Source: Eledone cirrhosa (Eukaryota). From it: a stretch of 64,000 bases of DNA. Position 1 is the first letter of the stretch. Each line of letters starts with the position of its first letter. The notes beneath the pieces were generated by a model. It saw only the letters and a list, made by a program, of their open reading frames with translations, was not told where the DNA came from and ran no database searches. Positions 13,896-29,831 of this stretch are shown here, piece after piece. Made by a program: the position numbers and the translations under genes. The stretch spans positions 380,184,001 through 380,248,000 of the forward strand of contig OZ024741.1 of assembly GCA_964016885.1 (NCBI GenBank). The letters run 5' to 3'.

Positions 13896-14519
13896 TAGGC
13901 ACAGTAGCTCTGTATACACTCATTTCGGGGGGTGGTTTTAAACAGGCATTTAATTACTGGAACTTGATTGCATCTAAATTTCTTTCTATTCTAGCAATTT
14001 TATCATAAGTAAAATTAGAATGGGAAATAAAGTGTATAATGAATAAGATTCATTCAAGATCAAAATAATTTAATTTATATCTTTAGTCAGTAAGAGAAAT
14101 TCATCGTCCCATGTGTCCGAACAGAAATTTTAATGGAATTCATTTTGCCTTAAACCATAATTGAAAATGTAATGATGATTATAGTGATAAAAATGATAAT
14201 ATAAACAAAAATATAGCAAACATTAATAGAAAAGAACAAGAAGAAAACTACAAATGAAATGATTCTCTTAATTCTCCGAATCAATTAAATATATTGCTAC
14301 AGTTGAAATTACAGAAGTCTTCAGAAATATCAAGTAACTACAAATATAATATAATTTTATTTTTTTCAAACAGAAATGTTCTAACCAAACATGCTAACTA
14401 AACACGTAGTATATACTGAAACAACCACATCCATTTAAATGAATAAATGTATGTATGCCAGAAGGTGCTATTACATTAGAAAGAGCCATAGTAATATATA
14501 TCTATACATAAATATATAA

Positions 14520-16619
<2,100 letters not shown>

Positions 16620-16636
16620 TATATATATATATATAC

Positions 16637-16880
16637 ATTATATTAATAAATGGAAACTATATTTATAAAACCATAATTATTTTATTATATATATTTCAAA
16701 GCAACCAAAGCAGCCTTGAAATATACATAATAAAATAATTATGGTTTTATAAATATAGTTTCCATTTATTAATATAATGAATATTTATCCAGTAATATGT
16801 TGAGTGCTTTATATATATGTTATACACTTTTAAGCTTGTTAGAATCCCAACAAATTAAATATAACTTCTGCATGTATATA
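16637..16880 (+). repeat. Near-identical duplicate of 14757-15000, including the internal hairpin
   Basis: TATTAATAAATGGAAACTATATTTAT...CCCAACAAATTAAATATAACTT occurs at both loci. Confidence 0.85.
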
Positions 16881-16924
<44 letters not shown>

Positions 16925-16925
<1 letters not shown>

Positions 16926-17274
16926 CATCATCATCATCGTTTAACGTCTATCTTCCACGCTAGCATGGGTTTAGACGGGAATTGTCCCACTTGAGGCCAG
17001 ATTGCGTGTCTTGCTCGTATAGGACTATCTGGCAGGTTTTCTACGGCTGGATGCCCTTCCTAACACCAACCTCGTTTAAAAAGGCACCCAGCACTCACTC
17101 TAAATGAGGTTGGTGTTAGGAAGGGCATCCAGCTGTAGAAATCAAGCCAGAATCAGTTCCCGTTTGAGCAAGACACGGTCAGCCGACTGGACACTGCCCA
17201 CAACAGGACAACTCGTCTAACCCATGCTAGCGTGGAAGAACGGACGTAAAACGGTGATTATGAGATGATGATGA

Positions 17275-17279
<5 letters not shown>
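16925..17279. mobile_element. Two RTE-type 3' tails arranged head to head
   Basis: GGCTGGATGCCCTTCCTAACACCAACC (minus copy) and GGTTGGTGTTAGGAAGGGCATCCAGC (plus copy), each ending in (GAT)n. Confidence 0.8.
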
Positions 17280-17326
<47 letters not shown>

Positions 17327-17755
17327 TTGTGTGAGTGTGTATAATTAATTTCATTCATAATATGCTGTAATACATTATTATATATTTCTGTGGTGTTCAT
17401 GATTATTTAATGCTGTCATCGCCCAATCACCAACACAAATTCACCAAACACCATATTCTATATTATGGTTGTTGTGCAACATTTCTAAACAATAACGTGT
17501 TCAGAAATGTGTCTTACAGCAGATTATGAATAAAGTGAATTATGAATATCTACATCTGGCTTTCACAATTATCATTATTGTCCATGTACTCCACCATGTG
17601 CTACCAAACCACATTTGAAAGGATACACATGACATTGAGTGCTTAAACCTAATTGCATCTAGTTTACTGATTGGAGTGTTTCATACACAACCCTAGTTAC
17701 TTAACCTAGTTAACATCTTAAAACAAATATATGTATATATGTGTGTGTGTGTATA

Positions 17756-17958
17756 GGAAAAGATTCATGATGCCGACAGCTGAGCTCCAGCTGTTTCGAC
17801 AGCAAGATCTGAACATACTCCAGATCTAGCTCTCAAAATAGCCGGAGCTCAGCCATTGGTGTCCTGACTCTTTCCGTATTACCTACTCTACTACCCTAAG
17901 TATTGAGTACACTGGTTCGTTATGGTCCACCTAGTATCTTACCACACCCTCTTTGTTT
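17756..17958. mobile_element. Short TA-flanked element containing a ~45-bp hairpin
   Basis: Imperfect stem at 17769-17863; termini shared with 25877-25937 and 26620-26672 (TCCACCTRGTATCTTACCACACCCTCTTTGTT). Confidence 0.6.
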
Positions 17959-18309
17959 TATATACATATATATATATACTTATATATATATGTATACATA
18001 TATGTATACATATATTAAAGTGGTCATACCTGTACCATGATAGGAAGCTATGCAGTATTAGAGCAATCAGTAAATGTCCAGTTTGTATTGTCTCGCACTA
18101 TATCAAAGTTCTTCTTCCATCATCCAAACATCCACCACTGCAAAACCAGATGCAGCATAGCCAATCCAACTACTTCATTTTACTAAATGCTGAGTAGTTT
18201 CTGTTTTGCTTTCTGTTTTATTCTTATTCTCATATGCATATCTGTGATTAAAATTGTACTTAAAAATGTAAATATACACACAGAGTTGGTCCACCCTAGC
18301 TGAGAACTG

Positions 18310-18565
18310 TGATGCCTAGCATCTCACCATCAACCATGCTGTCTTCCCCTTTGAAAACACCCACAGGAACAACAGCAAGGACAAAAGGCACAGAATGAAG
18401 AACCAGAACACCAAGTCATCAATCCCTGACCAGACTTCAGCCACAACTGCTGCAGCTATGCCTGCCTGTCCTGCTTTGGCCAGAACACCCACCTGTTTGC
18501 CTGCAGTTGACATGGACCAACCTCTTCATAATCTTCATTCACAAAGCCAAGCTATGATGATGATA
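18310..18565 (+). mobile_element. Degenerate LINE 3' end
   Basis: C/H remnant (ACLSCFGQNTHLFACS*) followed by a (TGA)n tail. Confidence 0.35.
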
Positions 18566-20861
18566 CATACAAATACATCCACTTTTATAAATCTCTAATT
18601 TTGTCTTTCTTTCCCTCTAACCTGCATTTCTCAGACTCTTTCAACCTCCCTCTCTCTTTCTCTCCTTCTTTGTCCTTCCAATCCATTATTTTAATATAAC
18701 AATATGTTCTACTCATATTCTCTTAATGTAGCAGCAACATCTAATAACGCTGGGAATTTAAAATGTTTTCCACAGAGACATTAAATGGAATGGTAGAAGA
18801 AGCCATATTTAATTCAAGTAAAACAAAACATCTTTTATTGTATTTTTTCAAATATATATCAAGCATACGTATTGTTTATCCAGCGAAAGTGAGCATAATT
18901 TATAGAATGCATTCATTGCATAAGCACATGTATTTCTATTTGTCTCTATAAGTGTGCATATGTTTTTTTCTCCTCCTACTCTCCTTCTCTTTTTAGCATA
19001 TCTCTAGTAAGGCATAACTTTCTGTGATACGATTACATCTCTAGCAGGGTTTGACTAGAATGAATATGTGAAGTACCATGGTTATGGTCAGGTGTCTATC
19101 TTACAATAGAAGGGTTTATCTTTATCCTTAATTAGATGAGAAAATATTGCAATTACGTACACAATAGGCAGAGATTCCGATATTGATGATGTTCTAAGTC
19201 TCCTTAGTAGTAAAATGTATTTCATCCAACCCATGTTAGCATGGAGAAACGGACATAAAAACAATGATGATGATTTCATCCGACTCATACAAATTCATAA
19301 TGCAATAGCAACTAGATTACACATGAATTAATGAATTGCTCACAATAGATATAATAAGATAAAAATATAGTTGATAATATATGTACCAGTCGATGAATTA
19401 CGTACTGGGGCTGGTTTAATCAGCTTGGCTGGTTAAGAAGATAGTTTCCCCTTCATGGGAACTAGGGTCTGTTGCACTATCAGGTAGTTTCTTTTCCAAC
19501 AGCTTTGGTATGTTTCTTCTATCAGGATATTTGTTTTACTACAAAAATCTTTCGTCAACAAAAGGGTTCTGAGAGAACTTGAGTAAGTTTGGAAATGGCA
19601 TGGGCGCTCATCAGATAGATTGTTTTTGTCATTTATTTTGTCATGTTGATTCAACTTGAAAATGAAGTTAACAGAATTTTCAGCCACTTATGTGTTAATT
19701 TACTGAGTAGGTATTTCAGGCAGTTGAACAACAATGCTCATTTTTTAAATAGATGGAGAATCCAGCAAAGCCACAGTCCATAGACTAAAACCAATAAAAT
19801 ATTGTATGTCATTTATAGAAACTAAGAAAATTGCTTTCACTCTGATTAAATAATGATTGCTAGCATTAACAAAAGTCCATTCTGGTACAAAGACACATAA
19901 AGTGTACATTCTACTGAAAGCACACTGCTATATGATTGGTATTTACTATATCAACTTTTCCCTTCCCAGTTGAGTGAAATGTGAAGTTGAAATTAGTTTT
20001 ATTAAAATTTAGAAGATTAAAGTGTAAAGCTAAATGCTATATGAATTCTAGTCTGGCCCTTCATTGATTTAGGCCAAATAGATTGTCTGGTTTAATAACA
20101 CTAGTTGGCCTGTTGGTGAGTTTAGCTGAATTCACTCAGATGCAAATGCGTGGTCCAAAGTGTCTTCTCAAACGATATCACCCTTCATTTTTTCCACCTT
20201 CCTTGGAACCTCTGTAAAATATAATATACCTTCAGCCTCCTACTTTAAAGAAATGCTTAATAACTGAATGGATATGCCTCACTTCACATATTCTATTAGA
20301 TCATGTCTGTTGTTTTATATGAAAATACTTAGAAAACAATGATCAAAATATGTTTTCAATGTGATGCAGTTATATTCTAATGAATCAAGGTTAATGTAAA
20401 TCCTTGAGTTTAATCATTGCAGTTGAAAGCAATGATGACAACAATGCAGAAAGGATAACATGAAATCAAATCATTCCAAATAAAATTCAAAAACAGAATG
20501 TATTCACTGCTTCTCAGAAATAAATGGCACTCTTAAAAATGATCTTAGCCTGCCAGTAACACATACAAATGTTGAACATATTATTTTATTTTTATACTAG
20601 CAGTTTTATTATTACATCATTCCAGCTATGGCCATTCCATTTCATTTTCAGACCTGTCTAACACTATGCTACCTAACAAGTGCTTCCACTTTTAAGATAG
20701 TAATATGTTTTTTTAGAAGATGTTGGTGGCTCTTATTTTTAGTATGCGTAATGACCATGTAAAGGCAGCCAAATTATTATGAACACAGATATACATCTGC
20801 TGCTACGTATGCATCCATACCATAATGATAAAAACATATTTCTATATTTGTAAAACCAATA

Positions 20862-21074
20862 CTAGAAACATTCTGTCAAATAGTCTTTTGTAAATTTATT
20901 ATAATCTTTCTGTGAACATTTGTTGCAAACCTGAACTCTGTCACATTTTAATACAATTCGAGTTTGACATTTCATTGCTTTTTGTGTAACAAATTTGCAC
21001 CATCGATCCATCAGGATCGATTCTTTTAATATAGCTAGGAACAAGCTATGGCTAGAAGAATACAATACTTTTTT
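20862..21074 (-). CDS. Candidate host exon of unknown protein
   Basis: Acceptor-like TTTTCATTAAATTCCAG followed by a 70-codon open frame (KKVLYSSSHSLFLAILKES...TECF*); no homology recognised. Confidence 0.2.
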   Translation of the reverse strand, partial: KKVLYSSSHSLFLAILKESILMDRWCKFVTQKAMKCQTRIVLKCDRVQVCNKCSQKDYNKFTKDYLTECF

Positions 21075-21479
21075 CTGGAATTTAATGAAAACATATAACC
21101 AATAATCATCAATTGTACCGTTGTGTTGGTCAATGAAATAATATAAAACGTAAACACAGATCTTATAGAATTGATAGAAGCTCTCAATGAGAGGTTATCT
21201 ATTGAAGAGTTGCATAAGTTAATACAACAAAATAACTAGAATGTGCCAAATGACATATATGCAGACTCAGTGACACCTGAAATAATTCTCACCACTGAAT
21301 TTCAATTTAATAGCAAGTACAAGTTTTTACATCCCATGATCACATAACTTTCCATGTATGAGTATAACAGTGGAGTGTAAAATTCAAACTCCAGTACTAA
21401 AGCCATAGAATGTTATCTCAGATAAAATGAAATACACAAGCTTAAATCAAAAATAGAACAATCAAAACAGTGTCAGTCA

Positions 21480-21680
21480 CACCTCTTTATCTGGCTAGTA
21501 ACGTTTCTAACTGTGAAAGCAATGTATACACATGCATTGCTAAGGCCTGGTGTCTCATCGAAAAATTATATCTAGAGTGGAAATCTAGAATTCTAGACAA
21601 CATGAAAAGGAGCTTCTTTAAAAAAACTGGCTACCTCCATTCTATTGTATGGCTGTTCAATATGAACCCTAACAAGCTAA
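21480..21680 (+). mobile_element. Degenerate RTE-clade LINE fragment
   Basis: YLASNVS..ESNV..CIAKAW...L...WKS...DNMKRSFF and SI.LYGCS motifs. Confidence 0.55.
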
Positions 21681-23529
21681 GAGTGGCTTTGAATCTCCAC
21701 ATATATGGACATATAATCATACCTTCATGTAAACATCCATCCATTTCCCAACAAATTCATACATCACGAATTGTATATTTGCACACATCTAAATAAATGC
21801 CACTATAGATAATCCCATACAGATGCTACATGATGTTTCTATGATGCTAACCATATTAGGGATAATCATGGGAGTATAAGATCCCAGAGAAATGTACCTC
21901 TCCCAAAATACACGTATACACAATTAAATGTATACAAAGAGAAAGTTGTACCAACACTGAAATACTATCATCCTTAAATGCACACACATACAGTGTAGTG
22001 TTTAGCAATTTACCACTGCAGATAAGTTCACATTCACATAAATGGTAATTCACAACATAGCTGATTGCGCGCACCTGCCTATTTGAATAGAATCAGTTCA
22101 ATGTGATTACGTTTCATACAGTTTAAAGGAAAGGGTGTAAATGCCAATGGATGGTAGCATGAGATTGTAGAATATGGGCCACCTACATGCAGAGAAGGTA
22201 TGCAAACTATCAATAGCTGTCTAATATATATTGGAACTGTATCCCCTAGTCAAATTTTTATACCTCGGTTATAGAGATATCCAAGGTTTGGAAACTACTG
22301 AAGGTGTTACATATTATAATACCCACATGGACCTTCCTATATCAAGAAGAATATATATACACACACATATGAATTACATACGTACATATATACACACGCA
22401 CATATATACTCTAGCGCTCACGTACATACTTATGCTAACACATTCATTCCCTTATACATAGAGACACAGGCTAAGACATACTCGTATAAATGTATCCCCA
22501 AATATGCATATCCATCTAATTACCTCTAAAATGAAAAATATGATCACTGCTAAGATCAGAAAAGAAATAGTAAAATTAGGGGACCAGATGAACCACTAAG
22601 AGGAACCGTACATCTTATTGAAGAATGAATAAGAGAGGCGATGTGGACTATTTCTTACTAATTTGTTTTATTTATTCATATATTGATACAATAAGACTAT
22701 GAGAGATATAATCGACAAGATGTCTTATTGCCGTTGCGTGGAATTATCTAGAATTTCTCTATGAAGTTTACAGCTAGATTTGGATGCAATTTGATTAGTT
22801 AAATACCTTGTTAAGGAAGTAGTGTGCTTCAGCTTATTATTTCTAAATGCGTTCTAGTGAGAATTATAACAGGTCTTAAATGGCTTAGCCTTGGCCCTGG
22901 TATGGGAACTAGTAGAGTGTTGCGTTTTTACAGTATTTTTATATACTATGTTGTTAGTGGTATCCCAACAGTTCCAGTTTATGTTAGAGAAAGGAGTAGT
23001 GCTTACTGGAGGGTTTAAGGTGTTCACACTGCTGTCTCTAAATTGATTCATTTGAAGTATTATCTATGTTAGTGGAATTCGTAGTAGATAGATAATGTAA
23101 TGAATCAGTGATGTTCGTAGATTATTTCTATTTGGAAATGCACTATGATGAGCCATGTTAGTGGTGGTAGAAAAAGATAACTATCTTTATTCATTAATGT
23201 AAGGTATGTGTGGTCGGGTGGGAAATGACTATCTAGAATATCAAAGAAAATTTTAGGTATCTTAGATGTCACATAAAGGTTGTGAGGTGGATTAAACTAC
23301 GTAACTTTCCGTCTGCTTGTGTTAGTCTTTCTAGTGGAATTACTATTGTTCTTATTCTGGGGATTTCGTGTTGAGCAGTTATTGGTTGTCATTTTAAGGT
23401 TGCTATTTTCAAAGTTGCAATTAGGTGATTTGGTTTGATATATTGAATTGTTATTTATATGCATGCGAAACCTCATGTTAGGTGTGGGGAGCAAACCTGG
23501 ATATTTTATAGTTATGGTATTTTATGTTC

Positions 23530-23675
23530 TATGTTCAAATCCAGTCTAGGCTAGCTTTTCCTTTCACCCTTTCGAGTCGATAAAATAAAGTACCAGTAAT
23601 GCACTGGGGTCGGTTTAATCGATGTTTCCCTTCCAGAACTAGTTGGCCTTGTGCCTCAATCAGAAATCATTATTT
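23530..23675 (+). mobile_element. SINE fragment
   Basis: GTTCAAATCC B-box then CCTTTCACCC..GTCGATAAAATAAAGTACCAG central domain. Confidence 0.75.
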
Positions 23676-23726
23676 AAGGGTATATAGTATATATAAGGGT
23701 ATATAAGGGTATATAAGGGTATATAA

Positions 23727-23918
23727 GGGCGGTGGATTGGCAGTATCGGTAGAGGGTCGGACGCCATGTTTTCCAGCATAGGTACGTCCCTTTACGATCT
23801 GAGTTCAAATCCCGCCAAGGTTGACTTTGCCTTTCATCCTTACGGGGTCGATAAAATAAAGTACCAGTAATGCACTGGGTAATTGCTGGCCTTGTGCCTA
23901 AAGTAGAAACAATTATTT
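23727..23918 (+). mobile_element. Full-length tRNA-derived SINE
   Basis: A-box TGGCAGTATCGG, B-box GTTCAAATCC, central GCCTTTCATCC..GGGGTCGATAAAATAAAGTACCAG (Meta-domain-like, from recall); flanked by TAAGGGTATA repeats. Confidence 0.85.
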
Positions 23919-25829
23919 AAGGGTATATATTAGAGCTTTTTATTTTATTTCCAGGTATAGATTCATGAGTTTTTAATGAGTATATTATATTTGCCAGCTT
24001 ATTGGTTTTCATATTTTTACCTGGACCTTTACTACACTGCCTACAACTATCATTGCTTAGTTTACTACTGTGTGTTACGATATTAGTATTATTTAATAAG
24101 TGTGTAGAATTCCTATCTGGGATGTAAATAATCGTACTTCCATATACTGATCTAGATATTTCATCATTACAATACCACGCAGTAGAGTTAAATATATCGT
24201 TATTAGCTGATAGCCAACAGATATCTTGGATAGTTGAAGAGTCTATTTACGTATGATAGGGATTCACCTGGCCTATGGTAGGGGTGCTTTAGGCCACCAT
24301 TATGTTCAAATATGGTGCCCAGAAAATTCACCACCTTATGATTAGTGAGTCCAACAATTTTGAAGAAACTATGTAATTATTTATTGTGGTTTTCTATCAT
24401 TGGGCGGTTATATTTTCTTACGTTGAATAGAATGTTGCCTCGTTATAAGCAGTCTTGCAGGGCAGGGATTTCCTCTTTAGATTCAGGTAATAGGTATACG
24501 CCAACTAAATCTGTGACTTGTGCAGAGTAGTTACTGGAATCCGTGGTAATATCAAAATGGTGGGGCCGGTTGTCTCTAGTCTACAAGGAACCATTGAACT
24601 CTATTTGTGTACTATGAGAATAATGTATTTTTCATGTTTTTTTAATTTAAATGGTGAAAGGCGTGGCAAAATGTAAAGTTTTATTTAAGATAGTAGAAGA
24701 CATGGATACGTAATAGTTATTGAATTATATGAACTTAAGCTTTTCTTTACTATCAATATTTTAAAAATGTTTATAACCACATCCATGTTGCCCCAATAAT
24801 GCTTTTAATTCTGGGAAAATCTTATCTAATATTGTTTGGCTAATCTTGCTTATATTTGAAGTAGAGGGGACGATTGATCTCATAGAAGGGATTTCATGGA
24901 AGTTGGATTTATGATTCTTAAGCGTAAATCTTGGTGGTTTGTAGGACTTGGTATATTTCTCAATTTCTAAATCACTAACAATCAATTTTCCTTTCCTACT
25001 AATGGCCGCAGCTGTTTTTCTATGTGGTTTTGTTACAGTGTTTTATCAGTTCATTTAGTATAAGTTCAAATAGCAAGTTTTAAATGTTTTTAGTTTTATC
25101 AGCCAAAAGATATATGCAATTCTGGTTTCTAATATTCTAGTATCAAGAGAGTTCAAGAAAAGAGTTAGGGCATCTCGAATTCTTATTAAATGTAATGCTT
25201 TTTATAATCCTAAATCGGTCTTGTTCAAACGAGTGGAACAAAATGTTGTAAGGGGGTTACGATAGCTCCTGAAGACGTATTTCTCCTTAGTGATTAGATG
25301 TTTATTGTTTCTTCTGACGTGGTGAAAGGTTCTCCACCTTATTCACTTTATGAAAGAATTTGTACTCTCCATGAGTTGCTTTAGGTAGAACTTCCTGACC
25401 GGAATTGGAATTGATGAGTGATACTGGTAATTTGTTTAAACTATATAGGCAAATTACGATATAAAGATCGACAAAGAAGTGTTTAAATAGTAAAGATAGA
25501 ACTATACAAACAATTTTCGAAGGAAAGTAGACAATTATCAGAGAATATGTATTTACGACATCTTTAAATGATTAGCGCAATGGATTTAAATAATTTATAG
25601 GTCTGAAAGGAAAGAAGTTATTAGTGAGGGAGATATGGAGGTTGTGGGGATAAATACAGAGCAAATATAAACAAGAACATTAATGGAATAATCAACTTTT
25701 TCTCATTCAAAAACCATAATTATTCTCTTACATATGTTTCGAAGATGTGCATCAACATTTTTGAAATGTTGGGAAATGATCCTTGTCTATATATATATGA
25801 GTTAGCTTGCCATAGTTATATCATTTCAA

Positions 25830-25876
<47 letters not shown>

Positions 25877-25954
25877 GGAAAATGTATGACCCTGACGGCA
25901 GAGCTCAAGCCGTTTCGACGGCTATTTCTGGACTAGTATATATATATATATACC

Positions 25955-26600
25955 TTTATGTTATTGTTGTTTCAGCAACATGAGCACACTATACATAAGT
26001 GGGTCCGTTGAATTCTCGTATGTAGTGTATAATTTTGATGTTAAACTATGGTCATGTGACATATTAAAATGGGTAGGAACCAGGGTTAGAGCATCATCAT
26101 TAAGTTTATTCATGTGTGACATGCATTTCGCTATTGATCAGCTCAAGGTCCGATGGGTATCGATCTGGCCCGACTCAGTAATCAAACGCTCATCAAACTC
26201 TAGGTTCGTTAATGATGGAAGATATTCGTGCACAGATTTTTAAAAAATCTCATCTCTCTTCCATTTGGGGTGTTCTGTCACTCGTTGTTCTGGTGGTTTT
26301 TATTGTTTAAGGGGGATAAGGTATGACAATAAAAAAGGGGACGAGAAAAAAGGGAGGAAATGATTCGAGAGAAGAAGAAAAAGGGAAGTCAGGTGCAAAA
26401 TTTGATATTAACATTTAGGGGAAGTGATATAATGCACAACATGAAAACGTAAAAAGAGGTAGAAAATAAAATAAACCAAGACAAAACAGAATAAAATCAA
26501 GCTAAAAAGAATAATAGAAATAAAAATGAAATATTGAACTGATCAATAGGAAAACACAGGTCATAGCCGAATAAACTTAATGATGATACTCTGACACCTC
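25955..26600 (-). mobile_element. PLE-like tail with hammerhead-like motif and inverted copy, nested in the 17756-type element
   Basis: Minus strand TTGATGA-GC..GC-GAAA-TGCATG-TC at 26114-26200; 26085-26146 inverted at 26533-26595. Confidence 0.55.
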
Positions 26601-26690
26601 GTTCCTACTTATATATATTAAGTACTCTGGTGCGTTTTGGTCCACCTGGTATCTTACCACACCCTCTTTGTTATATATATATATGTATAA

Positions 26691-26817
<127 letters not shown>

Positions 26818-26852
26818 ACACGGGTGTGTATGATTGTATATAGAAGATTATA

Positions 26853-27131
26853 TTAATAAAAGGAATTCCAACTTTGTCTGATTTACTCGTTTTATTTACA
26901 ATCCTTTAAAATGTATAATGGAATTAGAATGAAATAGTATGATAGAATATTAAATGTTAAGTGTTAATTTAACAAGTATTTTCATGCTTTCGCAACCTTC
27001 AGGTTCATAATGTGTGGTGACAGTCAAGTTTGCAATTTTCAGTTGCCATACTATTCCACTCTAAGACCATTATAACTTTTAAAGGATTGTAAATAAAACA
27101 TGTAAATCAGACAAAGTTGGAATTCCTTTTA

Positions 27132-27135
<4 letters not shown>
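26853..27135. repeat. ~280-bp element with ~55-bp terminal inverted repeats
   Basis: TAATAAAAGGAATTCCAACTTTGTCTGATTTAC..ATCCTTTAA and its reverse complement at 27078-27135; decayed CTGAAAA..GAAA core inside on the minus strand. Confidence 0.8.
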
Positions 27136-27205
<70 letters not shown>

Positions 27206-27269
27206 TGCATATATATATGTATATATATATATATATATACACACACGCATATATATATATATATATATA

Positions 27270-28815
27270 GAAAGGATGAATATAAAATGAAAGTGCTTTT
27301 TTTAAAAAGGAATTTATTAGGTATTGACATATGTTTCTGTAACAGACGGAATACCTATGTATCGCTGCTTGCGTAATCATATAATGTTAGCAAGTATTCG
27401 ATAGCAAATGTATAATCAGTTGTCACTTCTTCAGAGATTTTGGATAAATTGGATAAAATCAGAAAAATTGAAGTATTTATATTAGTAATAGAGGAAGAAA
27501 AAGAGGGGACAGTATATGACAGATGGTAAATCAATTTACCTCTAAACAAGTATATAATGGGTTTCTAATGAGAATACCATGAGTAAATGGTTCATTTTGT
27601 CTAAATAAGAATTTTTGGGAGTGACAATTTTAATCTCTACTTGACCAATTGGACAGTGGACAGGACTGGTCATTTGGTGTAGTAGTATTAATTATAAAGT
27701 GTCAATTGGGGAAGGGGGAGATTTCGATTGCTACTGAATAACATCAATGCTAGTAGCCAGCTGGTATATGCATTAGGGAATTGAATCAAGAAATCAGAAA
27801 TCTCATTTTATCTATAGCAGTTTATATTAAAAGGTAAATAATAGAAGAGTTGATATAATTAAGACTAATACAGAATGTTAATATCTATTTTGACAATCAA
27901 ACGGAGATAGAGACAGGCGTTCAATCCTGGTAGTATTTATAATATGAAAATGTAGATTTTAAGCGATGGTTACAGTATAACGATCGCTCTATTCTGTTAT
28001 TTAATAAAATGTTTTTGGATTTCATAATACAAAATAATTCTACATTACATAATTTACAAAATTCCTGTCCATGGGATAATAGGGGGGGCAACCGTTATTA
28101 TATCCCATTTTAGGTGAAATTGTTGGTTATGTTCACGCAGCTGCCAAGCCTTGTCTGCGAGTGTTGTTACATAACGCTGGTTTTCATGTTTTATCGAGTA
28201 ACGATGTCTATAAAGGCCTGATTTGAAGGAGGTGGCTGTAGATCCCACATAGTACCACTTCTGTCTATCCGATTCGATAGTACATTTGTATATGATGTTG
28301 CGTTCAAGACACTGATTGTTCAACGGACACATTCCTGGTTGGACACAGTTGCAATTATAATTTTGCGTTGTTGTATTGTCATGGATGGGTTGATGAGGTT
28401 GCTTATGTAGGACAGGATATTGTTTGTTGTTTTGTGATGTTATAGCTAATGTTTTACGTGTATTGTTATGTGTTGGAAGGCGTTTATACAACCGTTTTGC
28501 GTTAAGCTTTTTTATATGTTGTTCAATATTAGGGGCGGTTGAATATGAAAGTCGAATAGTGTTAGGGTTTAAGATTTTATTATATTTATGTGATGTTGGA
28601 AAGTGTTTTTTAACTAATCGAAAGAATTTTGAGGGTAGATTGGTTTTAATAGAGTTATTATAGACCGGGTTGTACCAAATATACTCCTTACATCGCATTC
28701 TGTTTGGTGGTGTGCGACTATTATTGTGTCTATTGCGGTAGTGTATGTATGGTGGTGATTCTGTGCTATTTCTACTCCTATGGGATTTATTTTGGGTGTT
28801 TTGGTGATCTTCGAC
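27270..28815 (-). mobile_element. 5'-truncated Nematis-like Penelope-like element (GIY-YIG domain and 3' UTR)
   Basis: ORF 28054-28698: IWYNP..KHFP..IRLSYS, CNC..CPL..QCL..NIIYKC..YVGST..FK, TTL..AWQL..KWDI; HHR-like CTGAAGA..GAAA-CATATG-TC at 27326-27434; both ends in (TA)n. Confidence 0.85.
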
Positions 28816-28819
28816 TATA

Positions 28820-28896
<77 letters not shown>

Positions 28897-28903
<7 letters not shown>

Positions 28904-29748
28904 ATAAATTAACGGAGCCATAGGCCCACGCCATTTCCTGTAAATAATGTGCTCAAAGGAGAAGAAATCCTGAGCTCTTTAAAATACAATATGTTGAAAA
29001 GGTAACACACTAGAGAGAGATATACAGTGCGCTATCAATAAAACAGGGAAAAACCACCAGTGTATGGAATCTATAACGTATGAAAGGCAGACTATAGACA
29101 CGATAATTAAAAATATAAATTAAAGCGTAAATAAATACCTCTATAACACGTACAAATCCAAAGAGATCTGTTTCACCAGTAAGTTGTTGACAGAAATGGA
29201 ATAAACTCGGTTCCTCTGCGTGTGTAAGGCAATACATTTCAGACAGCACTAAGAGAATTTTAAAAGTGACTGTCCAGCTACACATGGGAGAGAGAAGTCA
29301 CAGCGTGTTTAAGGGCAGTGAACCAGTGGCCTCTGAGGGACGAGCTGCTAGAAAGGGCAGCCCAAAACCACTCAGAGAAGTGTGCTCAACCAAACAGATA
29401 TAGGAAAGACTGTTATAAGGAGCGAAATATCACGATAAATTAAGGGAGCCATAGGCCCTCGCCATTCCCTGTAAATAATGTGCTCAAAGGAGAAGAAATC
29501 CTGAGCTATTTAAAATACAATATGTTGAAAATGTAACACACCAGAGAGAGATATACATTACTCTTTGGTTATGCACGTGTGTTATATAGATATAGAGGTA
29601 TTTATTTACGCTTTAATTTATAATTTTAATTATCGTGTCTATAGTCTGCCTTTCATAGGTTATAGATTCCATACACTGGTGGTTTTTTTTCCCTGTTTTA
29701 TTGATAGCGCACTGTATATCTCTCTCTGGTGTATTACCTTTTCAACAT

Positions 29749-29755
<7 letters not shown>
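28897..29755. repeat. Element with direct plus inverted partial repeats (pLTR-like)
   Basis: 28897-29027 repeated at 29427-29557; 28985-29145 inverted at 29590-29755; TA-flanked. Confidence 0.8.

Positions 29756-29831
<76 letters not shown>

Larger units (their letters stand above)
22600..25300 (-). mobile_element. Highly degenerate Nematis-like Penelope-like element (RT and GIY-YIG remnants), interrupted by SINEs
   Basis: KPPRF.LKNHK..PSMRSIV (PLE RT N-terminus), T*FNPP, FFDILDSHFPPDH, NIVYK..FKTCYNSH, matching the 28054-28698 protein. Confidence 0.6.

Noticed and set aside
23727-23820. tRNA gene
   Set aside because: A and B boxes are present but run into a SINE body; no full cloverleaf
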